DNA of 64,000 bases, from contig NC_043002.1 of the NCBI RefSeq assembly GCF_006345805.1, positions 108,624,001-108,688,000 of the forward strand, written 5' to 3'. How positions within the stretch are numbered: the first letter of the stretch is position 1; every line of letters begins with the position of its first letter. The notes below the pieces were generated by a model, which was not told where the DNA came from, searched no databases, and was given only the letters and a program-made list of their open reading frames with translations. Origin of the DNA: Octopus sinensis. Lineage: Eukaryota. This document shows positions 1 through 11,700 of this stretch, in pieces. A program made the position numbers and the translations under genes.

Positions 1-123
1 CGAAACGTAAAAGACTTTTTCTATTCCTGACCATTATACTAATACATCTGTTTGTTTTATACACCACCTGCCTTCATCTTTTGTTTTGTTTTTTTTTGTA
101 AACTTTCCCTATATATATATATA

Positions 124-1736
124 CAGTGGCGGCCAAAATGTTCAGAACGGCATTGTTTTCGTCAGAAAAGTAGATATAATTTTTTATCAAAGTTGTTTTA
201 TATTCTATAATTTTCACAGACAATAAATACGATATTATTTGTTATTGCCTGAGATTTTGGTGTAATTTGAGAGGATAATACAAAAGTTATGAATGATTTA
301 GTGATTTACTGCAAAACCCATGGCGGCCAAAATGATCAGAACGGTTGCTTTTACTCCGAGTTTTTGGTATATTTAACCGGCGAACTCTAATGTTTTGAAT
401 TTGTTTACGTGACGGTTCATTTACTAAACATTAGTAAGAATATTTGCAGTGTACTTTGTTAATATAATGCCACTTACTCCGTTACCAATTCGTCAGCAGA
501 TTATTGAGCTTTGAAGGAAGGATAATTTAAGTATTGGATCTATTGCAAAGATTGTTAACAAGTCAAAAAGTGTTGTACACGGTATTCTTAAGGTCTACGA
601 TGATTGTGGTTCGTGTGAAGCAAGAAAGTTTACAGGTAGGCCAAGAAAAACGACCAAGAGAGAAGATCGTGCTATGGTAAAGTTGGTTAAAAAGGACAGA
701 TTTAAAACTGCTGCTGCTGTTTCTCGGAAAATGAACATTGTACTGAAGAAAACTTTATCTCGAAAAACTGTGTCTCGTCGTTTAGTTGAACATGACCTAC
801 AAGCAAGAGCACCTGCAGTGAAGCCACTGATCAGCTCCAAGAATAAAAAGTGTCGTCTTACCTTTGCAACCGAACATGTGTTGTGGTCTCAACAAAAATA
901 GCAAACGGTGCATTTCAGTGATGAATCTAAGTTTATGTTATGGGAAAAGGTACGTTCGTCGAAAAGTAGGTGAAAAATTGTCGCCTAAATGCCTTAAGAC
1001 TAGTGTTAAATTCGGTGGAGGAAGTGTCATGGTTTGGGGGATGATATCTGGAGATGGTGTGGGCCCTTTTGTGCGATTACATGGAAAGGTAAATGCAGGA
1101 GTTTATAAACAACTTGTATAAGATCATGTCTTGTCTGTGCTGAGAAATTCAACTAAGCAACCACCCATATTCATGCAGGACAATGCCCCATGTCACAAGG
1201 CGAAGGTGGTCATGAACTTCCTCAAGGCTGAAAAGGTTATTGTTATGGATTGGCCTGCTCAAAGCCCAGATCTCAATCCTATTGAAAATGTATGGAATAT
1301 TCTAGGAGAATGTTCGAAAGCCAGAAATCCTAAAACAACTGAGCAATTATGGAATGCCCTTCAGGAAGAATGGAATAAGATCACCCAGCAAGAAATTGAA
1401 AATTTAATTTCCTCATGCAGTCGAAGATGTGATTGAAGCTAAAGGGCTTCAGACTAAATATTAAATAATTCCAGTATTCTCTGTCATTTTTGATTATTTT
1501 GTTATTTTTTTCAACCGTTCTGATCATTTTGGCCGCCATGGGTTTTTGCAGTAAATCACTAAATCATTCATAACTTTTGTATTATCCTCTCAAATTACAC
1601 CAAAATCTCAGACAATAACAATTAATATGGTATTTATTGTCTGTGAAAATTATAGAATATAAAATTACTTTGATAAAAACTTATACTTACTTATCTGACG
1701 AAAACAATGCCATTCTGAACATTTTGGCCGCAACTG
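124..1736 (+). mobile_element. Full-length Tc1-family DNA transposon (DD34E) with about 224-bp IR/DR terminal inverted repeats; decayed
   Basis: TA at 122-123 and 1737-1738. TIRs 124..347 and 1512..1736 start CAGTGGCGGCCAAAATG; the same motif recurs at each inner end. Confidence 0.93.
467..1464 (+). pseudogene. Disrupted Tc1 transposase
   Basis: ATG 467; GRPRKTT, FSDESKF, GGGSVMVWG, QDNAPCH, WPAQSPDLNPIEN (34 residues between D and E); several premature stops and frameshifts; ends AKGLQTKY* at 1464. Confidence 0.92.
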
Positions 1737-1768
<32 letters not shown>

Positions 1769-1933
1769 CTTTATTTAGCAAAAACTGTCCGATGAACGGC
1801 AACGGGAAACTCAGAGTAACAGGTTTTGTTGAATTTTCTGCTGCTTTAAATAAAGCATATTACTCTACCACTGGTATTTGAGTACTCTTTTTTCCACCTT
1901 GTTTCACATTTATGTGTTTACTCTAGTATATAT

Positions 1934-1979
<46 letters not shown>

Positions 1980-2577
1980 ATTGGGGAGTATAACTCCAAA
2001 TTTACAGGGAAAAATTCAATTTAGCATTAAATCAAATTTCACAATATAAATATATAATATATATACATTAGAGAAAAACCACTATAATGCAATTCAATAT
2101 TGTTTATTCATTTTTGTACTTTTTTACTTTTTGTGATCTAGTTATATGTTTTAATATATATTTTATTTTTTATTTATGATTTGGTTTATGTCTATCATTG
2201 TTTGAATTGCATTATAGTGGTTTTTCTCTAATTTATTTATATATATATATATATAGTGTGTTAGTGTCTTCTTGCCTTGGCTTCACATGATAATTGTTGT
2301 AAACAAGCATCACCATCATGCAAACGATGTCCTTCATTTCCAAGGAAACATCTCTGGTCATGTGGAAATATTACCTCACAAGGAAAAAGATGAGGGTTGG
2401 CAACAGGTAGAGTATCCAGTCATAGAAAATCTACCTCAACAAATTCTATCCAACCCATGCAAGCATGGAAAAGTGGATGTTAGAATACGATGATGAATCT
2501 GTTTTTATATTTTAATTTTGTTATTTTTTTAATTAAGCCCTTCTTATCTTTCTTCTTTGCAGTTTTAATCGGAAAGC

Positions 2578-2726
2578 ATGCGGATTACTAAAGTTGGAAC
2601 TCTTGTGTCTACTAATTGGCTGAAGGATTGTTTGTCATCGTCGTCTGCAGACAAACTTCGTGTTCTAGATGTTTCTTGGGCTCGTCTCCAAAAGCCTGGT
2701 GTTGGCTACGAGAAGTTCTACAAGAA
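2578..2726 (+). CDS. MPST/TST: Sulfurtransferase coding exon 1 ([15 protein letters not shown]...YEKFYK)
   Basis: Acceptor tttgcag ends at 2562; in-frame TAA 2566-2568 precedes ATG 2578; donor gtaagt at 2727. Confidence 0.88.
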
Positions 2727-5700
2727 GTAAGTTGAGATGTCCTTGTTTTATTTATTCATTTTTGTTGCTAACTGCCTCATCAGTTATCTTTGACCAGACA
2801 GATGCTCAAACACATCGTTTATTGTATATCAAATATTACTTTTTCCAGTGTCACTTTCCTTTTTCTTTAAGACATTGCACTGTGATGTCTATCACTTTGA
2901 CCTCAGTGTGTAACTGGTACTTATTTTATCAACTCCAAAAGGACGAAAGGCATAGTCAGCCTCGATGGAATTTGAACTCAGAATGTAAAGACAGACGAAA
3001 TGCATTAAGACCTTTTGCCCAACATGCTAACGATTGTATCAGTTCACCACTTTAGTAGCTATTGTATTCAGTGGCTAGGGCTTCCAGAGGCTAGGGTTCT
3101 CAGTCGTGAGTTCAATTACCAGCCCCACCTCTGTATCCTTGAGCAAGACAATTGATTTCTCGTTGCTCCTGTCCACTCATCTGGTGAAAATGAGTTGTAA
3201 CTGGATTTCAAAAGGTCAGGCTTGTCATGCTGAGAACTGTCTCTCTGAGAACTACAGTATGGGCACATGTGTCTGTGGAGTACTCAGCCACTTGCATGTT
3301 AATTTCAACCCTCATCATCATAACCAATGGAGAGCAAGGCAGTGTGATGTCAGGCAGATTTGACTACTATTTCTAATACATCAAGAAACCACATAGTCTA
3401 CTTCATGGGCTTCTAAAAAATTACGTGTCTCTTTGGCAGGTTGCTTAAATAAAATATTTTTTAGGAGTTTAAGTAATTAATTCATTCATTATAATAATAA
3501 TAATAATAATAATAATCCTTTCTACTATAGGCACAAAGCCTGACATTTTAGGGGAAGGTTTTAGGCGATTACTTCAACACTTCACTGTGCTTAATTTATT
3601 GACCCTGAAAGAATGACAAAGTCAGCCTTGTGGAATTTGAACCCAGAACATAAGGAGTCAGAAGAAATACCTATGGAAATTTCATGTTTTGTTAATTTTA
3701 TTTCATTTATGAAGCATGGATTTATAAATCTTCATAACATTGTTTCATTGCATTAAATATTTTGATTGTCTTTAATTTCATTCCATAGTTGAGTTTGTTT
3801 AAACCACAACACGCAAACTTGTTTTTTATGTCGAATAATTTGATCTTGTCTTCAATTTTGTTTCATTAAGATTATTAGACACATAACCTCAGACTTGTTT
3901 CACTGTAAAAAAATTTCAATTAGATCTTCAGTTCCATTCCATAGTTAAGGCTGTTAAAAGCGTTACACCCAAACACACATTGTAACAGTGATCTTACAAT
4001 TTCTTTGCCCCAGGCAACATATTCCTGGATCCATCTACTTTGATCTGAACCAGTGCAATACCCCCACTAAATATGTACCATTCAGCTTACCAGATACAAA
4101 TTGTTTAAGTGAATACATTGGAAGTTTGGGAATTTCAAATAAGAATTATATTATCGTTTATGATCAGCAAAATAACAGCTCAGCATTCCGAGCCTGGTGG
4201 ATGTTTAAGGTAGGTATTCCTTTATTCCTTTTAGTCATATGAACAAATCGACCCCATCTGAACAAATTGACCCCAGGACTTATTCTTTGTGAGCCTCGTA
4301 CTTCCCCTATCGGTCTCTTTTGCTGAACCACTAAGTTACAGGAACATAAACACACCAACATTATTTGTGAAGCAATGATGGGGCGACACACACACACACA
4401 CACATATACGACGTGCTTCTTTCAGTTTCCATCTATCAAATCCACTCACAAGGCTTTCGTCAGCCTGAGGCTGACACTGACCCAAGGTGCCATGCAGTGG
4501 GACTGAACCCGGAACCATGTGGTTGGTAAGCAAGCTACTTACCACACAGCCATGCCTGACCCTGTTTCAAACTTTCTGATTCTTTCTTCTTATATTCTTA
4601 TGTTACATCGATACAGAGACCATAACTGAGAACACTTCCACAAACTAGAAATAGCAACCAAATTTTTCTCAGATTGTACCCTATTTTCATAATAAAGGAA
4701 AGGCACCTTAAATGATGTGGCCTTACTAACCCCTAAAAGAACAGGATGGTCATAGCTGGAGTGTTTTTGCTCATAGCGCTACTTGATCAAGTTTCACTTA
4801 AGAGCCAACCCATGCAGCCACTAGACATAGCACTTAAATCTCTCCCAAATCACATTCTTTTATTCAAAGCAAAGGAGGACACATTAGATAATTTTGTTAT
4901 TGTCTGAAATATTCTTCAAAAGCCTGCATGGTCATGGCTGGAATGTTTTTACTCATAACTCTGTTAATCAGGTCAGGCCTACAATGTGGGATTGAAGAGT
5001 TTCAGCAAATAATGTTTGACATGCTAGAAATATCAACTGAATCTTTATCTAGTTACACTGTATCATCATCATCGTTTAACGTCCGCTTTCCGTGCTGGCA
5101 TGGGTTGGACAGTTTGACTGAGGACTGGCAAGCCAGTAGGCTGCACTAGGCTCCAATCTGATCTGGCAAGTTTTCTACAGCTGGATGCCCTTCCTAATGC
5201 CAACCACTCTGAGAGTGTAGTGGGTGCTTTTTATATGCCACAACCATGGCAGCACTAGCATTGACCATGTTTGGATGGTGCTTTTTACATGCCACCAGCA
5301 TGGGGACCCAGTCAGGTGGCACTGGCATTGGCCACAACTATGATTTCCATTGTGATTTTACTTGACTCAGTAGGTCTTCTCAAGTGCAGCATATCACCTG
5401 ATGATCAAGGTACTCAGCAGGGGTCATGATTTGATTAAAAATATAAGTATATGCATAATTACGTGTGTGTGTGAGGTTAATGATTTTACATATGTGTATG
5501 TATGTACACACACAATATTACATAAATACCAATCTTCAAAAAAGAAAAACAGAAATAAACGTTCAATCAGTAATTGTTTCCTTCCTTGTCAGTTAAAGCC
5601 ATCCCATTTCTCTTATACCATTAACCCTTTCGTTACCAACCCAGCAGAAACCGGTTCTATCTCTGAGTACAAACGTCTGGTTTCCATAAGTTTTAAATTA

Positions 5701-6540
5701 AAATCTTCCACCAAACCTTTGTCACAATTTATGTTCCTAACACTAGCTGAATGATAACTAAGTTTTTTACTAAATTCTTTGTTATATTTAAAATTAATTG
5801 AAAGAACGAAAGGGCTAACAATGTTGTAAAAGGCATGAAGGCCACAACTCTAAACTGTTTACTTTGTGCTTAGTCACCAATAATCAATATCATTCTTTGA
5901 CTTTTCAGTACCTTGGTCACTCTGCTGTATCACTGTTAGATGGAGGAATGGCCAAGTGGATTGCTGATAACTATGAAGTGACAGCAAAACCGACGACACA
6001 CGAGGTAAGAACTTGATATTTTCTGCATTGTTTTCTGGAATTTTCTAAATAAATCTCATTCTTTGGGAACGCAACCCCCAAAGCCCAGTGTTTATACAAG
6101 GGGTTATTAACAGAAGGATTCCTATAACACCATGCTTATTGAAAGAGAACTCTTTTACTGGTTTCAGTCATTTGACTGCGGCCATGCTGGAGCACCACCT
6201 TTAGTCAAACAAATCGACCCCAGAGCTTATTCTTTGTAAGCCTAGTACTTATTCTATTGGTCTCTTTTGCTGAACCGCTAAATTACGAGGATGTAAACAC
6301 ACCAGCATCGTTTGTCTAGCAATTGTGGGAGACAAACACAGACACACAAACATATACACACACATACATATATATATATATACATATACATACATATATA
6401 TATATGTATATATATATATGTATGTATATATATATATGTATGTATGTATATATATATGTATGTATGTATATATATATGTATGTATGTATATATATATATA
6501 TGTATGTATATATATATATATATGTATGTATATATATATG

Positions 6541-6575
<35 letters not shown>

Positions 6576-8684
6576 GACAGGCTTCTTTCAGTTTCCGTCT
6601 ACCAAATCCACTCACAAGGCTTTAGTCAGCCCAAGGCTATAGTAGAAGACACTTGCCCAATGTACCACGCAGTGGGACTGAACCTGGGACTATGTGGTTG
6701 GTAAGCTAGCTGCTTACCACACAGCCACTCCTGCGCCTATGGATAAGGAAATAATTTTATTTTCAAACGCAGGATAATGCTAATAATATAGCATGAACAG
6801 AATAAACTACCCATATTTTACCTTCGACACATTTTTCTGCAAAATATGGGTTCTTCATACCATATTATTAGCATTATCCTGCGTTTGAAAATAAAATTAT
6901 TTCTGTATCTTTGAATACATCTCAACACTTCTAAAGCAAACTTTGTTTACTTTCATTGTAATTTGAATTTAACCATGTTTATTGTTACAAAGCTCCCTTC
7001 GACATCTCCTCAGCAGCTGCCTCTGAACTGTAGCCAATGGATGCCACTCTTAGTGCCATAATCAGGTATTCAAGACGGTTGTAGAAGCAATAACAGCCAT
7101 TAAGTCTGATGAATACCACACACACACCTCATGAAAGGAGGTTGTCACATTTCTCAAAGCTGAAGAGATGTCCAATTCACAGAAACCTCAACCACCATCA
7201 TGTCCTGGGTAGCTGAGAGCAGATTTTGTTCAACTTCCTAGAACACACCGTACCAATGTCACTGCCCTGTTATGTTGATCTTCTCATATTCTGCCAAACA
7301 GGTGATCATATACCAGGGGCTGGGAGAACAGTGTAGAAACCAAGGCTGGCAGGAGACACACACTATGAGGCAAGTGAAGTGGGCTGCCAAGGTTTTACGG
7401 GGCATTCGTTTGGCAAGTCTCTGAGTTATTAGTGCAGCAAAGACAAGGGCCAGAAATTCTGACGCCGAAGCTGCAGAAGAGGCCACTAGGTGACTTGAGA
7501 TAAAGAGCAGACCAATGTTTTGCTGTTATTGAGATGTAAGCTAGGATTTGGTAAATCCCAACTGGGTCAGATGGGTGAGGGGTGGGTGGAGTGTGGCATT
7601 AAGACACTAACCCCGGCCCCGTCCCAGACCCCAGAAACATTACTGATAATGCATCCCAGAGTGTCTGTGAGATGTTTCTTGGAACAAGGAATAACATACA
7701 GCTGCTTAACCTGGTTGAAATAGCAGCCAAATCACCTTCAAATCACTCTTTGCTCTTCCTAAAAAACAAGTAAATTGACTCAAATATTCTCAAAAGAACA
7801 TTTGTTAAATGAAAAATATTTCTGTGGCCTCAAAATCTGGAATATATTTACAGTAGCCACCTGGTGATTACAGAATTTACAAAAAACAAACTAAAATCCA
7901 TTTTTTAAAATTCATTAACTAAAAATATTTGGCTGTGTGGTAAGTAGCTTGCTTACCAACAACATAGTTCCCGGTTCAGTCCCGGTGCATGGCACCTTGG
8001 GCAAGTGTTTTCTACTATAGCCTCAGGCTGATCAAAGCCTTGTGAGTGGATTTGGTAGACGGAAACTGAAAGAAGCCTGTCATATGGGCAATAAACACCA
8101 CGGATGCTCAGAAAACTGATTCCAGCACATGCCAGGGGGAGAAACTAGAAGTAATTGATATCTTTGCTACCTAGGTGACTGAGGACTGTCAAGTCAGTAG
8201 GCTGCACTAGGCTCCAATCTGATCTGGAAAGGTTTCTACAGCTGGATGCCCTTCCTAAATATGTTGTAATTGAGAAGCCCCAGCAAAAAATGTGAGATCA
8301 TAGCCTACACCAGTGTTGCATAACCAGCCCATTTAAAAAGTACCTTTGAATCATCAGGTGACATTCCATGCTTGAGGAGACCTATTGAGTCAAGTAAAAT
8401 TAAAATCACAATCAAATGGAAATTATAGTTGTGGCTGATGCCAGTGCCACCTGGCTGGCTCTTGTGCTGGTGGCATGCAATAAGCACCATCCATGCATGG
8501 GTCATTGCCAGTACCACCTAACTGGCTCCCATGCTGGTGGCACGTTAAAATCACCCACTACACTCTCGGAGCGGTTGGCATTAGGAAGGGCATCCAGCTG
8601 CAGAAACCTTGCCAGATCAGATTGCCAGTCCCCAGTAAAACCATACGACCAATGCCAGCATGGAAAACACATTAAATGATGATG

Positions 8685-8718
<34 letters not shown>

Positions 8719-11700
8719 TGTGTGTTTATGTTTGTGTGTCAGTGTTTGTTCCCCCAAAATTGCTTGACAACTGATGCTGGTGTGTTTACGTCCCCATAAC
8801 TCAGCACTTCAGCAAAAGAGACTGATAGAATGAGTACAAGGTTTACAAATAATAAGTCCTGGGATTGATTTGCTCGACTAAAGGCAGTGCTCCAGCATGG
8901 CCACAGTCAAATGACTGAAACAAATAGAAGAAAAAAAGAATGTTCTTGTTCCATTTAATGATTGGTACTTTTTCCTGAGATTTACAAATAAATTCTTCAT
9001 CCTCTTTGAATTTTCTAGAAATGCAACTTTGAGATTCATCTTGAGCCAAAACGTTTTAAGTCCTTTGAAGAAGTGGTAAAAAATCTGGAAACCCAAACTG
9101 AAAAAGTTGTCGACTGTCGTAGTTCTGAAGATTTCCATGGAGATCCTGAAGATAAACTCGGTATGTCTCTAGAACATTGGTTTTTTTTTTTAGGATTGCT
9201 AACGTAACTGTTACCCCTGAATGTACTTGTGCATCAGTTGTTAGTTGTCATGACACTGCATCTTTCAAAGATTCCCTGCTTCTTGAAATTCACAAGCGCT
9301 ACCCCTGATGCACTTGGGCATCGTTTCCTCTTTAACACTCTTTTAATGTTCATTTCTCTGTATGGAATGGTATTTGGGAGAATAAAGGACAGAGGTAAGG
9401 AATGGTTAAAAGGTTGACAAGTGGTTCTCGGCGGACAGAAAAATAAGTAATCTCTCCCTCCCTTTTCTCAATAACCCCTGATCCTAAGTCCTCCCCTCCA
9501 ATCAGTGTATATTCTTATCCTCTGTGGTTCTCTCCTCCACCACATTATCACAACCACAACTCCCCTTCTCTCACCTTACTTTCTCTCCTTTATCTTCCAC
9601 CTAAAATCATTATCCACACTCTCTTTCTCTCTCTGTCTTTCTCATCTTTTCTATTATTCCTTGGTTACAGGTGCCAGTTTAGTCCCTTAGCCTTGCAAGT
9701 TATGAACCAATCTTCACTAGTGTTAGTACCATGCAAAAACCACCCACTACACTCTGTAAACTGGTTCGCATAGAGACTAAGCTATGGTAGACGTAGGCAT
9801 ATGATGCTGTCTTTCACTTTGTCAGATCCTGTCAAACCATCCAACCTGCTCCAGCATGGAAGCCAAAAATTAATTAATAATCATGGTGATAATGTATGAT
9901 TTACTGTAAATTGCAAATGGAATAGTTTTGCCCCTTGAACTATTAATTTATATTTGTTTTATTTGTTAGGTCACATTCCTCACTCCAAGAATTTACCATA
10001 TTCAAAACTATTCAAACCAGATGGTACCATGAAGTCAAAGGCTGAACTAAAAGAATGTGAGTTACATACTTTAATGAGAATGTATTAACATTTTCAGATA
10101 GTTTTATTGAATAATCTCTTTTTTTTTTTTTGTCCCACTCAAGTTAAACAACAACAAAACCTATATATGGAAACAGAATTTTCTTGAAATCTGTATCAAT
10201 CCAAAGAACGTGGATGAACTCTTTAACATTTCATCTAAAAAATTTTTTTATTTAATGGTAAACTGATAATCTATTTAAGGATATATTTATCTCTGATCCA
10301 CCATGGGACTAGAGTTAAGTAACAGCTTTTAAACAATCTCCAGGCATGGGTGTCTTGTTATGGAACTTACTTCACAAACTTGTGGTTCCGAGTTCCATCT
10401 TGTTGCATAGCAACCGGAGAAAATAATTTTTACCATAATTCTGACTTTGTTCAATACTTTAAGTGCAAAATCTGGTAAATAGAAACGTGTGTGTGTGTGT
10501 GTGTATATATTAATAAAAATAAATGAAAATGATTCGAGAATTCTTATAAGTTACTTGTTTGTCATTTGACTGTGGCCATGCTGGAGTACCACCTTTAGTC
10601 AAACAAATCAACCCCAAGAATTATTCTTTGTAAGCCTAGTACTGACTCTATTACCACTAAGTTACAGGGATGTAAATACACCAACTTGGGTTGTCAAGCA
10701 ATGGTGGGGACAAACACAGACGCACAAATACATACATGCATATATATGTGTGTGTGCGTATATATATATATGTATATATATGATGGGCTTCTTTCAGTTT
10801 CCATCTACCAAATCCACTCAGAAGGCTTTGGTCGCCCAGAGGCTATAGTAGAAGACACTTGCCCAAGGTGCCAAACAGTGGGACTGAACCTGGAACCATG
10901 TAGTTGAGAAGCAAGCTTCTTACCACACAGCCACTCCTGTGCATATATATTATCATCATCATCGTTTATTGTCTGTTTTCCATGCTAGCATGGGTCGGAC
11001 GGTTCGACCGGGGTCTGGGAAGCCAGGAGGCTGCGCCATATATACATGAAGGGTTTCTTTCAGTTTCCATCTACCAAATCCACTCACAAGGCTTTGGTCG
11101 GCCCGGGGCTATAGTAGAAGACACTTGCCCAAGGTGCCACACAGAGGGACTGAACCCAGAACCATGTGGCTGGGAAGGAAGCTTCTTACCACACAGCCAC
11201 TATCAAAATATGCTGCTGAATTCAGTTGCTGAATAAAAGAAAAATAAATTGAAACAAATTAAATTCACCTTCTGTGGTGGTCATTTCTGGAAGTTTCTAT
11301 ATTTTTCTTTTTTTTTTTTTTTTTTTTTTTTATAAATATAAATTTATTTGTGTGAAACCTAACTTTTTCATTGTGTGTGTGTGTGTACATATTTTGGCAA
11401 TGTATATTACAAATGCTGTAAACATTGGCTAGAAAACTTGCAAAACATTGAGAATTTGACATATTTGTATACTCTTTACTCTCTTTTACTTGTTTCAGTC
11501 ATTTGACTGCGGCCATGCTGGAGCACCGCCTTTAGTCGAGCAAATCGACCCCGGGACTTATTCTTTGTAAGCCTAGTACTTTTTTTATCGGTTTCTTTTG
11601 CCAAACCGCTAAGTTACGGGGACATAAACACATCAGCATTGGTTGTCAAGCAGTGGTGGGAAGACAAACACAGATACACAAACACATAAATACGACGGGC

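Noticed and set aside
2669-3055. 128-aa ORF overlapping sulfurtransferase exon 1
   Set aside because: Wrong frame for the conserved residues; runs through the donor into intron and SINE sequence.
6249-6704. Stack of 97-130 aa ORFs rich in Y/I/H/C/V
   Set aside because: Translations of the (TA)n/(TATG)n tract inside a SINE; same applies near 24299, 34229, 51275 and 52402.
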